Shown piece by piece: positions 46,770-56,329 of a stretch of 64,000 nt of DNA. Numbering within the stretch: position 1 is the first letter of the stretch; the number at the start of each line of letters is the position of its first letter. Source of the stretch: an uncultured bacterium. GTDB taxonomy: Bacteria > JAGOEH01. Under the pieces are notes generated by a model, which was not told the DNA's origin, ran no database searches, and was given only the letters and a program-made list of their open reading frames with translations. The stretch is from NCBI GenBank assembly GCA_964632485.1, contig CAZWDO010000010.1, forward strand, positions 62,001 through 126,000, written 5' to 3'. A program made the position numbers and the translations under genes.

Positions 46770-46798
46770 TTGACATTTCGGTTTTTTTTGTTTATAAT
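46770..46798 (+). promoter_or_regulatory. perfect-consensus sigma70 promoter of tRNA-His
   Basis: TTGACA, 17 bp, TATAAT. Confidence 0.85.
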
Positions 46799-46809
46799 TA
46801 GAAAACCAT

Positions 46810-46885
46810 GGTGGGTGTAGCTCAGTTTGGTTAGAGCATCAGATTGTGGCTCTGGGGGCCGTGGGTTCGAGTCCCATCACCCACC
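46810..46885 (+). tRNA. tRNA-His (GTG)
   Basis: G-1 plus acceptor stem GTGGGTG/CACCCAC, D-arm GCTC..GAGC, anticodon loop TTGTGGC, T-loop GTTCGAGTC, C73; CCA not encoded. Confidence 0.96.
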
Positions 46886-46887
46886 CT

Positions 46888-46917
46888 AAGCGTCGGTTTT
46901 TTGACCGGCGCTTTTTT
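46888..46917 (+). terminator. intrinsic terminator after tRNA-His, possibly shared with convergent argH
   Basis: AAGCGTCGGT-loop-ACCGGCGCTT followed by a T-run. Confidence 0.75.
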
Positions 46918-48106
46918 ATTTCCCCTCTCTTTCCTGCCAGTTTTTCTTGATTTGCCGATAGGCATCGCGAAACGGCATTCCTTGCATGACCAATTGATAC
47001 ACTTTTTCTGTCAGGTAAAGCTCGGGTGAACAGGCTTTCCGGCAGGCCTCCTCGTTGAATCTGACACCTTCGCATAACCGGATAAGCACTTTCAGGCATT
47101 GAACGGTCAATTCAAATGAGCGAATCAATGGCTCTTTAATAAGCTGGAGGTCGCGTTGATAGCCGGAATAGAGGTCTTTGGTAATTAAATCGACTTGCAG
47201 GGCCCAGCCAGCGACTAATTTCGATTTGCCTCGCAGCAGTTCAAGTACATCGGGGTTTCTTTTTTGAGGCATAATGGAACTGCCGGTAGTAAATTCGGGA
47301 GCAAGGGTTATAAAACCGAATTCAACCGTAGAATAAAGCAACCAATCACACGCAATTTTATTGATACTGTTGTGAAGGTTGTTCAGGGCAGAAAGGATGA
47401 TCGTTTCGAATTTGCCGCGACTGTTTTGGGCGTATGTCGTATATTGTGTTTTTTCAAAGCGCAGCAGCCGGGTGGTCATTTCCCGGTCCAGGGGTAGCGG
47501 GACTCCATATCCCGCCGCGCTGCCGAGAGGGTTTTGGTTTATAAGGCCGGCGACCTGTTTGAGCAGCAGTTTATCGTCTTCTAGGCTGAAAAGATAGGCG
47601 CGCAGGGCTTGTTCAACCGTTGATGGCATGGCGCGTTGCAAATGTGTATATCCTGGAATCGGAATCGCTCCATCACGTGTGATTAAATCTTCCAGCCGGC
47701 ATTGGAGATCATGGATTAAAAACCGTAATCGGCGCAGATTCACTTTCTCATATAACCGGAGCGCTGTTAATACCTGATCGTTGCGTGAACGTCCCGTATG
47801 GATTTTTTTCCCGGGTTCTCCCAGTTTATCGGTCAAATAGGCTTCGATAGCAGTATGGCAGTCTTCTTGCTCAATTGTAATAGGAAAGGAGCGCCGTTGT
47901 CTTAAAATTTCGCGGAGTCCTTCTATAAGCTGAACTCGTTCTCCCGCTTCGATAATACCGATTTTCTCTAATTGGCGCGCATGGGCTATGCTGGCCTGAC
48001 AATCAAATTTCAAGAGGTATCGATCGAATTCATAATCTTTATCGACCGTGAATTGTTCGATTAATTGATGGGGACTGGCAGTTGTATCGGTTTGCCATAT
48101 CTTCAT
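46916..48106 (-). CDS. argH: argininosuccinate lyase
   Basis: EDCHTAIE, HTGRSRNDQV, PGYTHLQRA, GSSIMPQKRNPD, GMPFRDAY. Confidence 0.94.
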   Translation of the reverse strand: MKIWQTDTTASPHQLIEQFTVDKDYEFDRYLLKFDCQASIAHARQLEKIGIIEAGERVQLIEGLREILRQRRSFPITIEQEDCHTAIEAYLTDKLGEPGKKIHTGRSRNDQVLTALRLYEKVNLRRLRFLIHDLQCRLEDLITRDGAIPIPGYTHLQRAMPSTVEQALRAYLFSLEDDKLLLKQVAGLINQNPLGSAAGYGVPLPLDREMTTRLLRFEKTQYTTYAQNSRGKFETIILSALNNLHNSINKIACDWLLYSTVEFGFITLAPEFTTGSSIMPQKRNPDVLELLRGKSKLVAGWALQVDLITKDLYSGYQRDLQLIKEPLIRSFELTVQCLKVLIRLCEGVRFNEEACRKACSPELYLTEKVYQLVMQGMPFRDAYRQIKKNWQEREGK

Positions 48107-48160
48107 GGAAACTCCTTTTCGGTATTATATCTTAAATCAAATTTTCAATAGCGGAATAAT

Positions 48161-50149
48161 TCAGGGTGAAGCGGAGATTGATGATTGGGATTGCATCTCG
48201 GGAGATTCTGCGGACGAATGGCTGGGTTTTTCATAAACAGCGATTCGATTGCGGCCGGCTTTTTTGGCCTGATACAGAGCATAGTCGGCGTGGGTTATCA
48301 ATTCATCCGCGGTGATTGTCGTTCCGGGGGTGTAAACCGCGATTCCTCCACTAAATGTAATATGCAGAATGCATTCTTTCCAGAGAAATTCTTTCTGCGC
48401 GACAATCTCGCGAAGTTTATCTGCCACTTTGTAAAGCTGGTTGCGATTCATTCCGGGTAATAGCAAAATGAATTCCTCGCCGCCATAGCGGCCTAAAACG
48501 TCTTCTTTGCGAATCGTGTTACCAATCAGTGACGTGGTTTGTTGAAGGATGATGTCTCCGGCCTGATGACCATGAGTATCATTGACCGATTTAAAAAAAT
48601 CCAGATCGATCAGTACGATTCCAAAGGGAATGTGGTGGCGGATGCTGCGCGCTAATTCCTTTTCCAACATATCGATCACATAGAGTCGATTATAAATCGA
48701 TGTCAGATGATCGGTAATAGAAATTCGATAGAGTTCACGATTTTTATCTTCCAGGGTGAGGTTGAGCTCCTGCAGTTTTTTATTGGCTTCATCCAGTTGC
48801 AGGGTATGATAGCTAAGAGCTGCATGTTGATTTTTAATTTGATCGGCTTGATGTTTGAGAGTGGAATTGAGGGCAATTTTGCGTTTGAGTATAAAAATCA
48901 GGTAACTGAGGGTCGATATAATAACGATAAGGGAGAGGAAAAGAATGTTGCGCTGCCGTGTGCGTTGTTTCATCAGTTCGTCTTTAAAGCGGATTTCATT
49001 TTCCCTGAGGTTTAGCATTTGTTGCTGTTGATTTATTTTATAGTGGGATTGCAGTTCTTCCATTTTTTCTGCCTGGGCAAGCGTGAAGATTGAGTCTTTC
49101 ATGGTTTGATATTCTTTTTGATAAAGATATGCCTGGAAGTAATTTCCTTGTTGCACATGAATATCGATAGCCGTTTGCAGGCATTCGATTATTTGCGATC
49201 CCAATTCGATTTCATGGGACAAGGTTATAGCTTTATGCAGATAAGCTATGGATTTGGAATAATCTCCCAGTTTATTATAGATTTTAGCCATACCGATCAT
49301 ATTGTGGATAGTATTATTTTTTTCACCGATACCCAGGCTGATTTTTAAGGCTTGCATCCGTTTTTCAAGGGCTTTTTCCAGATCATTCAAGTCATAATAT
49401 GCCTGGGCTAAGCCGGCTAAAGAAGCGGCAATTTGATACGGGCTGCTTTTAATCTGGTATATCGAATCCGCTTTGAGATAATATTCCAGTGATTGATGAG
49501 GATTTTTTAATTCGCTTTGAACTTCGGCAATTTGAAAGTAAACCAGGGCCAGTCCCTCACTGTCATTATTTTGCAGGCGGATTTCTTCTGCCTGATGCAA
49601 AAACCGCAATGCTTCATCATATTTTTGATTATAGCGATAGAGGATGGCTAAATTTATCGCGCAATAAGCAATCCCCGGATCATCATTTAGTTTTTCAAAT
49701 AAATTCATGGCGGTAAAAATATTTTCCATGGCTTGAGGGTAATCCCCAACAATACGATATATTCCGGCTATATTGTTGCAGGAATAGGCAATTTGGATGG
49801 TATCGCTTTGTTTCCACGCTATTTTCAGCGCCTGTTGAAAATAAACCAGCGCGCTGTCATACTGGTTGATACTTCTTAAGCCCAGTCCTTTATAATTAAA
49901 GCTTTGCGCCAGAAGATAATTTGTTTTTTCGGATTGCGCCATCCCAATTGCGGTATCCGCATACGCCATCGCTTTTTGGGGACTATCATAACGATTTTCC
50001 CAGGCAAGCTTGTTTAAAAGCTCTATTTTTTTACGGGGATCGCTGATTTGCTTAAGCTTATGTTCTATACTATCAGATTCGATGGACCCTGGAGTAGATC
50101 GTATCAGCATCATAAGAAATAAAAACCATTGTAATTTATGCGTATTCAT
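48161..50149 (-). CDS. membrane-anchored TPR-sensor diguanylate cyclase
   Basis: Signal peptide, multiple TPRs, one TM helix (ILFLSLIVIISTLSYLIFIL), coiled coil, RKED I-site, RYGGEEF. Confidence 0.92.
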   Translation of the reverse strand: MNTHKLQWFLFLMMLIRSTPGSIESDSIEHKLKQISDPRKKIELLNKLAWENRYDSPQKAMAYADTAIGMAQSEKTNYLLAQSFNYKGLGLRSINQYDSALVYFQQALKIAWKQSDTIQIAYSCNNIAGIYRIVGDYPQAMENIFTAMNLFEKLNDDPGIAYCAINLAILYRYNQKYDEALRFLHQAEEIRLQNNDSEGLALVYFQIAEVQSELKNPHQSLEYYLKADSIYQIKSSPYQIAASLAGLAQAYYDLNDLEKALEKRMQALKISLGIGEKNNTIHNMIGMAKIYNKLGDYSKSIAYLHKAITLSHEIELGSQIIECLQTAIDIHVQQGNYFQAYLYQKEYQTMKDSIFTLAQAEKMEELQSHYKINQQQQMLNLRENEIRFKDELMKQRTRQRNILFLSLIVIISTLSYLIFILKRKIALNSTLKHQADQIKNQHAALSYHTLQLDEANKKLQELNLTLEDKNRELYRISITDHLTSIYNRLYVIDMLEKELARSIRHHIPFGIVLIDLDFFKSVNDTHGHQAGDIILQQTTSLIGNTIRKEDVLGRYGGEEFILLLPGMNRNQLYKVADKLREIVAQKEFLWKECILHITFSGGIAVYTPGTTITADELITHADYALYQAKKAGRNRIAVYEKPSHSSAESPEMQSQSSISASP

Positions 50150-50356
50150 AGTCTTACATTATAGATTATTTTAGTGGAAAAGTCAAATATTTTTTTTGGA
50201 ATTTAATCTCCATTTTTCGATTATTCTGGAATTCAATGTGTGAAAAGTCAAAAAAAAATAGTTGACAGAATTAATTTTTTAATTTATTTATTACTATTAA
50301 GACAGCATTGTTGGCTGTGTTCGTTTTACTCAAAACCTTATTGAAAGGAGTTGCTG

Positions 50357-52390
50357 ATGTTGCGACACATTTTGATCGGGATGGTTTTACTGGGGATGAT
50401 GGGTGTAGGAGTAAGCTGGGGACAGGATGCCATTGAAGACTTGATGAGCATGGATTTAGAGGAATTACTGAATCTGGAGATTACCGTGGCCACGGGAGCT
50501 AAATCCCTGACTCCACGAGAATCTCCCGGGATTGTCAGCGTGATTACTGAGGAAGAAATCCGTAGCAGCGGCGCTCGGGATTTGATTGACATTCTCTATC
50601 GAGTGCCTGGTTTTGCATTCGGCACTGATGTGGAAGGGGTGGAAAATGTGGGTTTCAGGGGAAACTGGGCCCATGAAGGAAAAATGCTGTTACTGTTGGA
50701 CGGATTGGAGAATAATGAGCTGTCATACAATACGTTGATTCTCGGTAACCATTATCCGGTCGATCACATCAAGCGTATTGAAATTATTCGGGGTCCCGGA
50801 TCTTCCATTTATGGCGGCAATGCCGAATTAGGCGTAATCAATATCATCACAAAAAGCGCGGAGGATTTAAACGGAGTGGCAGTGAGCGCTATTTACGGTC
50901 AATTGGAAGATACCTTCCGACGGCGCAATATTAGTTTGTCTGCCGGGAAAAAGATGGGTGAACTTGGCTTGACACTCCATACTTTTTTTGGGCAGGGTAA
51001 TAAAAGTGACCGAGACTATACTGACGGCGCCGGGAATTCATACAATATGAAGGAGAATGCTGACCAGAATCCATTGATGGTGAATCTGGGGCTGAATTAT
51101 CGGGGGTTATCTGTCCGCGGGATGATGGATCGCCAATCAACGACTCAACGTAATATTTTTGGCGCTAATATTCCCCCTGCGGCTGATCCTTTACCCACTC
51201 ATTTTCACTCGTATCACGGCGCGATTAAATATGCCTGGCAATTGAATGAAAAACTGACAATCACGCCGGCATTGAGATTCCGCAGACATTACGCGTATCA
51301 TGCATTAGACGAGGACGTGGCGAAAATAATGGCATTGGATGCCGAAAATGCCGCCCTTTTTATCTATGAACGCTATACCCAGCGAATTACAGAAGAGGTG
51401 ACAGCATCCTATGATTTCAATTCAAATTTGAATGTTCTGGGCGGCGTACAGTCTTATCAGGAATCTGCTCATGCCGGAGAGGATGATCGCAGTAATTTTG
51501 CCGGTCCTGATTTTGATTATTCTAAAAAAGAGATTAGTTTTTCGGATGTGTCCGCTTTCGCCCAGATGTTGATGAAAACATCGCTGGTCAATATTACCGC
51601 TGGTGGACGCTATGATTCCCATAGTGAAGGCAGCAGCGCTTTTGTTCCCCGTCTGGGATTGACGCGCGTCTTCTCCGATCTGTATCATGTGAAACTTCTT
51701 GCATCTCAGGCATTTCGTACGCCATCCCTTATTAATGTAGATTTGAACGCGGATATTAAATCGGAAAAAACAACGGTTTTTGAGTTGGAAAGTGGTATCA
51801 AAATTAATGCCAATATGTTCCTTACTGCGAATCTGTTCGACATTACTCTTAAAGATGCTATTATTTATGGTGTCGATGATAATGGCGAATTTTATGCCAA
51901 TCGGGAAAAAACCGGCAGCCGGGGAGTGGAATTTGAATTCCGCTTCCAAACCGGGATGAATAGCCAGGTTTTCAGTTACTCTTATTATTCCTCGGAAAAT
52001 AAAAATAAAATCGAAGACTATATGGTTCCCCGTCTTGAGGGTGAAGAAGGCTTTATGGATGACCTGGTACTGGCTTTTCCCAAACATAAGTTTACACTGA
52101 GTTCCACCTATCAGTTGTCTTCGCAATTTACCTTTAACACGAATCTTATCTATCAATCTAAAACCTATGGCTATGCCAGCGGAACTGTTCAGGAATTTAA
52201 TTTTACATTGCTGGATGCGTATCTGCGCTGGCATCATTTCGGTGTGAAGGGTTTGGAATTGGGAGTCGGATGCTATAACATTTTTAATGTCGATTACTTT
52301 TTTATTCAACCCTATAATGGGGGGCATAATCCGATTCCGGGGATGGGCCGCGAATGGCTTGTTCGCTTAAGTTGGTCCCCGACAAAATAA
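50357..52390 (+). CDS. TonB-dependent receptor (short, COG4771-type)
   Basis: Signal peptide; LMSMDLEELLNLEITVAT; IKRIEIIRGPGSSIYGGNAELGVINIITK; C-terminal GREWLVRLSW. Confidence 0.92.
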   Translation: MLRHILIGMVLLGMMGVGVSWGQDAIEDLMSMDLEELLNLEITVATGAKSLTPRESPGIVSVITEEEIRSSGARDLIDILYRVPGFAFGTDVEGVENVGFRGNWAHEGKMLLLLDGLENNELSYNTLILGNHYPVDHIKRIEIIRGPGSSIYGGNAELGVINIITKSAEDLNGVAVSAIYGQLEDTFRRRNISLSAGKKMGELGLTLHTFFGQGNKSDRDYTDGAGNSYNMKENADQNPLMVNLGLNYRGLSVRGMMDRQSTTQRNIFGANIPPAADPLPTHFHSYHGAIKYAWQLNEKLTITPALRFRRHYAYHALDEDVAKIMALDAENAALFIYERYTQRITEEVTASYDFNSNLNVLGGVQSYQESAHAGEDDRSNFAGPDFDYSKKEISFSDVSAFAQMLMKTSLVNITAGGRYDSHSEGSSAFVPRLGLTRVFSDLYHVKLLASQAFRTPSLINVDLNADIKSEKTTVFELESGIKINANMFLTANLFDITLKDAIIYGVDDNGEFYANREKTGSRGVEFEFRFQTGMNSQVFSYSYYSSENKNKIEDYMVPRLEGEEGFMDDLVLAFPKHKFTLSSTYQLSSQFTFNTNLIYQSKTYGYASGTVQEFNFTLLDAYLRWHHFGVKGLELGVGCYNIFNVDYFFIQPYNGGHNPIPGMGREWLVRLSWSPTK

Positions 52391-52400
52391 GAGCATCCCA

Positions 52401-52444
52401 CCGGGTCTTAATTTCTTTGATAAAAATTAAGACCCGGCCTTTTT
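52401..52444 (+). terminator. intrinsic terminator
   Basis: CCGGGTCTTAATTT-loop-AAATTAAGACCCGG then CCTTTTT. Confidence 0.75.
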
Positions 52445-52566
52445 GTTGATTATTTTTATTATTTGACAAAACTGCTTCATTGAATTATATTATAGTTAGT
52501 CACGAGGATAATAATACGCGTCATTCCTTGATGACTGGTTTCTTTAACTTAAGCAAGGGGAATTTT

Positions 52567-53895
52567 ATGAACCCTGTAAAAAGGTTTATCAGTTTTTTTC
52601 TTTTGGGTGTTACGTTGCTTTTGATTGCATGTTCGGTCTGCAGTAAAGACGATGATGACAAAAGCGAATCGAAAGTAACGGTAATCACGTCCTCGGAAAG
52701 CGGATCCGTTGAAGTTTCAAGCGGGTTTGCGATGGAAATAACGCCGGGTTCCGTACCTCCCAACCAGAATGGCCAATCGGGTACCATTTCTTTCTCGATA
52801 GAAACGGGAGTGGAAGCGCCTCAGGCATTACCTGCCGGAGTGACTAAAATCAGCGACTACGTCTTTTTGGGTCCCGACGGATTCCAGTTCAGTTGGCCGG
52901 TTCGGGTTGTGTTCCCGGCCAATAACGCGGCCAGCGCACAGGACCTCTATATCTATCAATACGATCCCGCAAATGAAGATTGGCTGGTCGTGCCACCTTC
53001 ATACATCGATTCGGTGGATAAAAAAGTGGGGGCCGATCTGCTCAGCCTGGGTTATTGCGTATTGGGAAAACATTCGGCCACTTTGGCTAAAAATGCCGAT
53101 GCCACCAGCGATGGCGGAATTCAATATACCGGGACCAGCGGCTACTATTATACCCTGACCGTCGCCTCTTCCACTTATAAGTACGCGGCAACAACCGCAT
53201 GGCTCGGCAGCTCCGTGGGCAATACCTTCTCATCCGGACAGCTTTCCGCTGCCGGCGGTCCGAATCCAAGGGTCCGCGGTTTTCTGCCTCAGGGAACCTA
53301 TACCTTTTGGGTTTCTCGGACCCAGCCCGGTACTCTTAGCCAACTTCCCAAAGTTTATACCTACAGCGTGGTCGCCTCAGCGACGATCGATGGCCCCTTG
53401 ACCTATTGGGGCTGGGGTAATATCGACGAAAGCTCCTGGACCAATCTGCAGTTGCCCGGCGGCGGCGAATGGCGCGAAGGCTCCCCCGGCGAATGGGGAA
53501 CTCCGACCTCCACCTACGGTACCGGCGATTTCCAGGCGACTCTGACCTGGGTCAATACCGCTGAATCAAGTACCGATTTGGATTTGCATCTATACCGCAC
53601 GGTTAGCGGCGCCCAGGATATGCATGTCTATTATTCAAGTAAAACAGCGGCTGATGGTAGTTTCCAATTAGACCGCGACTGGTTGACTGAAACAGGCAAT
53701 GCAATCGAAAATATCTACAGTTTGACAACGCCCCTGCCCAAAGGACAATACACGCTCAAGGTCCATCATTATAGCGGTTCATATCCTAAACCCTGGAATG
53801 TGCGTGTCATTCGCAACTATTCCGTCCGAAACTATGGCAACACCATGACTCAGGATGACCAGGAAGTTACCATCACTCAGTTTACGATCAATTAA
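52567..53895 (+). CDS. Ser/Thr/Gly-rich lipoprotein with ZU5-like N-terminal and YfaP/DUF2135-like C-terminal domains
   Basis: Start moved to ATG 52567; LIAC lipobox, DDDDK; LGPDGFQFSWPVRV; ATLTW...TDLDLH...LDRD...IENIY...YTLKVHHYSG. Confidence 0.7.
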   Translation: MNPVKRFISFFLLGVTLLLIACSVCSKDDDDKSESKVTVITSSESGSVEVSSGFAMEITPGSVPPNQNGQSGTISFSIETGVEAPQALPAGVTKISDYVFLGPDGFQFSWPVRVVFPANNAASAQDLYIYQYDPANEDWLVVPPSYIDSVDKKVGADLLSLGYCVLGKHSATLAKNADATSDGGIQYTGTSGYYYTLTVASSTYKYAATTAWLGSSVGNTFSSGQLSAAGGPNPRVRGFLPQGTYTFWVSRTQPGTLSQLPKVYTYSVVASATIDGPLTYWGWGNIDESSWTNLQLPGGGEWREGSPGEWGTPTSTYGTGDFQATLTWVNTAESSTDLDLHLYRTVSGAQDMHVYYSSKTAADGSFQLDRDWLTETGNAIENIYSLTTPLPKGQYTLKVHHYSGSYPKPWNVRVIRNYSVRNYGNTMTQDDQEVTITQFTIN

Positions 53896-53938
53896 CACTT
53901 TCCGGCCAATCCGGATACTTTTATTTATTAACTTCCCC

Positions 53939-53974
53939 CTCTCCCGTCTGTTCATGCGGACGGGAGAGCTTTTT
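53939..53974 (+). terminator. intrinsic terminator
   Basis: CTCTCCCGTCTG-TTCATG-CGGACGGGAGAG then CTTTTT. Confidence 0.75.
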
Positions 53975-54113
53975 ATTTAGTATGGAATATCGTTAGTATT
54001 ATACTTGAAAAAAAATGCTAAAAAATTAATGGCATAGTTTGATTTTAATAACTGTATGATCCGTGTATAGCCAAAGTTAGCTGAAGTTATAAATTGAGTG
54101 GCGCTTACCTATT

Positions 54114-54692
54114 TCAGAATTCTCTTAATCGGGGGATTTCCTCTGTCATCTGAATATGCCGTTCCTTTAACTGTTCGACCATTTCTTCAAGATGATCGGC
54201 TTGCTCTCCAAGGTATTCCCCGTGATTCTCAATTTTTTCTGATTCCCATTCCATTTTTTTTTCGAATTTCCGTTGAGCCTGGTCATCGAAACCCTCTGCG
54301 GCAAGCTTTATCACTTCCACAACCGAAACGACTCCTAACTGAAGCCCTTCCAAGCCAATTTTTACTCCTTCCCGTCCAATATCCCGGGTGAGTTTGGCAA
54401 TTTCCATTGACGTTTCATAATACACTTCAACTAAGCGCTGTTGTTCGCTATCCAAAGGAACGAAATCGTCATTGTAATATAATTCTTTTTTGTCGTCAAT
54501 GCGGGCGGTGTTCCGGGTTTCCATGTTCTCTATGATGATTTGATCCTTGTTAAATCGAATCTTGACATGGCCCAACTCTTTTATTGTAAACGAATTAAAC
54601 CCCAGAATTCCCAATTCGGAAATTTCAGAATGTGAAAAAACTGGCAACTGAAACGATAACAACAAAATTGCAAACAATAGTATCTGTTTCAT
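54114..54692 (-). CDS. DUF2884/YggN-like exported helical protein
   Basis: Signal peptide; LDSEQQRLVEVYY, IG.EG..IG.EG, terminal IPRLREF pattern. Confidence 0.65.
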   Translation of the reverse strand: MKQILLFAILLLSFQLPVFSHSEISELGILGFNSFTIKELGHVKIRFNKDQIIIENMETRNTARIDDKKELYYNDDFVPLDSEQQRLVEVYYETSMEIAKLTRDIGREGVKIGLEGLQLGVVSVVEVIKLAAEGFDDQAQRKFEKKMEWESEKIENHGEYLGEQADHLEEMVEQLKERHIQMTEEIPRLREF

Positions 54693-54712
54693 AAGAACTC
54701 CTTTTTATAGGG

Positions 54713-54740
54713 TATACGAAATAAATAGAAAAAAGTTTCC
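54713..54740 (-). promoter_or_regulatory. ECF-sigma-type promoter
   Basis: GGAAAC, 16 bp, CGTATA on the minus strand, 20 bp before the ATG. Confidence 0.65.
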
Positions 54741-55046
54741 CTCTTTACCATTTTGTACCCCTGAAATGGCAATATACTAGCGCATATCAACGGGGTTTGA
54801 CAATGAAAGTATCACAAACCCCTTTTTTAGCATATTCAACTCGGCTGACAGTCGCTATTTATAGCAGGAAAACACAGATATGCTGTTTTTTTAATATGTA
54901 ATTGTTGAAAAAGTAGCAATCCCTGTTGATAAATCAGCATTAATTGGGGGGTAGATTAGGTTTAATAAGCGGATGGATTGGGTTAATCGGCTCGATCTTC
55001 TTTTTATTTAATAAGTTCCCACTGATTAAGCATTAAATAAAGATAA

Positions 55047-55062
55047 TGGCACGAAAAGTGCA
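55047..55062 (+). promoter_or_regulatory. sigma54 (-24/-12) promoter
   Basis: TGGCACGAAAAGTGCA: GG-N10-GC with a full TGGCACG box. Confidence 0.7.
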
Positions 55063-55291
55063 TTTAGCACATTGGATGTTTCGGGCCAGTTTTTTAGAAG
55101 ACTTTAGCTTTAAAAAAAGAGAATTTAAAATGAAGCGCAAAGAACTCATCAATTTTTAACTTGACAAAGAGAAGGATAAATATTATTTTTGCAATATTGT
55201 TCTAAATTAGGAATAACGTCAGGAGTGAACGATAAAACGTCTGATAACTATTCTCTCTATAATTAAAATTTTTATTAATTCAGGAGGAATC

Positions 55292-56320
55292 ATGAGTATG
55301 AGAAAACTATCCTTTTTTTTGGGGATTTTAGCGCTTTTGGGCCTAGGGTGTGGTACAGAAAAAGAAGAGACGAAGAATATGGAGCAGATTTATCAGGAAG
55401 AGGGAGTTCCGGTACGCGTCTCTAAAGTTGAGCCAGTGGAATTTGAAACCTATGTGTTATACCATGCGACGGTAAAAGGGTGGCGGGAATCCTCCTGTTT
55501 TGCCGGGTTATCGGATCCCGTTGAAAAGATATATGTGAAGGTGGGGGATCAGGTTCGGGAGGATCAGCGTTTGATGAGTTTTCCGCAGGATAATCCCCAG
55601 GCCAGTTATTATCAGGCAAAAGCTGCGTATGATAATGCGGAGGCGACATTTCGGCGAATGGAAAAATTGGTGGCTGAAGGCGGTATTTCCAGTCAGGAAT
55701 TTGATAATGTCCGCATGGGATATAACGTGGCATTGTCCAATTGGAATGCGGTCCAGCAAAATGTGCATGTATTATCCCCATTAAACGGCGTAGTTACCAA
55801 GCTGGCAGTACAGGAATATAATAATGTCGAGCCGGGGGACCCGTTATGCACAATTTCACAAATGGAAAAAATTCGCGCTCAAATCTGGATGTCGGAAGAA
55901 GAAGTCTGCCAAACACAAACAGGTGGTGAGGCCTGGGTGAATTGGCAGGGGGGGCGAGTGAATGGGAAAATTGTTTCATTAGACCAGGCAATGGACATGG
56001 ATCGTAAAGCCTTTGGCGCAATCGTGGAATTTCCCAATCCCGGAAGCCGTATTCGTTGCGGTATTACGGTGGAAATCGGAGTGCGGACCTATTCCAGTCC
56101 GAATTCAATCGTTGTCGCTCGCCAAGCTATTAATAGCGATGGGGAGAATTTTTTTGTCTATATAGCCGAGGGGAATATCGCCCGGAAACGCGAAGTTGCG
56201 CTCGGCCGGAGTAACGGTCTTAACGTTGAGCTGGAAAAAGGACTCAATGACGGTGAGTTACTGGTTGTGGAGGGTCAATTGTTGTTGTCCGACGGCGCTA
56301 AACTGAAGATTGTGAATTGA
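55292..56320 (+). CDS. RND efflux periplasmic adaptor (lipoprotein)
   Basis: GLGC lipobox, VKVGDQV, SPLNGVV, GLNDGELLVVEGQ. Confidence 0.93.
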   Translation: MSMRKLSFFLGILALLGLGCGTEKEETKNMEQIYQEEGVPVRVSKVEPVEFETYVLYHATVKGWRESSCFAGLSDPVEKIYVKVGDQVREDQRLMSFPQDNPQASYYQAKAAYDNAEATFRRMEKLVAEGGISSQEFDNVRMGYNVALSNWNAVQQNVHVLSPLNGVVTKLAVQEYNNVEPGDPLCTISQMEKIRAQIWMSEEEVCQTQTGGEAWVNWQGGRVNGKIVSLDQAMDMDRKAFGAIVEFPNPGSRIRCGITVEIGVRTYSSPNSIVVARQAINSDGENFFVYIAEGNIARKREVALGRSNGLNVELEKGLNDGELLVVEGQLLLSDGAKLKIVN

Positions 56321-56329
56321 GGACGCTCT

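Noticed and set aside
46052-46917. radC beside a tRNA as a sign of an integrative element
   Set aside because: RadC is the full-length chromosomal type; no integrase or duplicated tRNA 3' end was seen and the flanks are housekeeping genes
51422-52327. Long antisense ORF (301 aa) and similar shadow ORFs such as 2590-3303, 10513-11073 and 33289-33870
   Set aside because: They overlap well-supported genes, lack recognisable motifs and are explained by codon bias
54767-54781. Second sigma54-like GG-N10-GC box (TGGCAATATACTAGC)
   Set aside because: Poor match outside the core dinucleotides and it would run straight into a terminator
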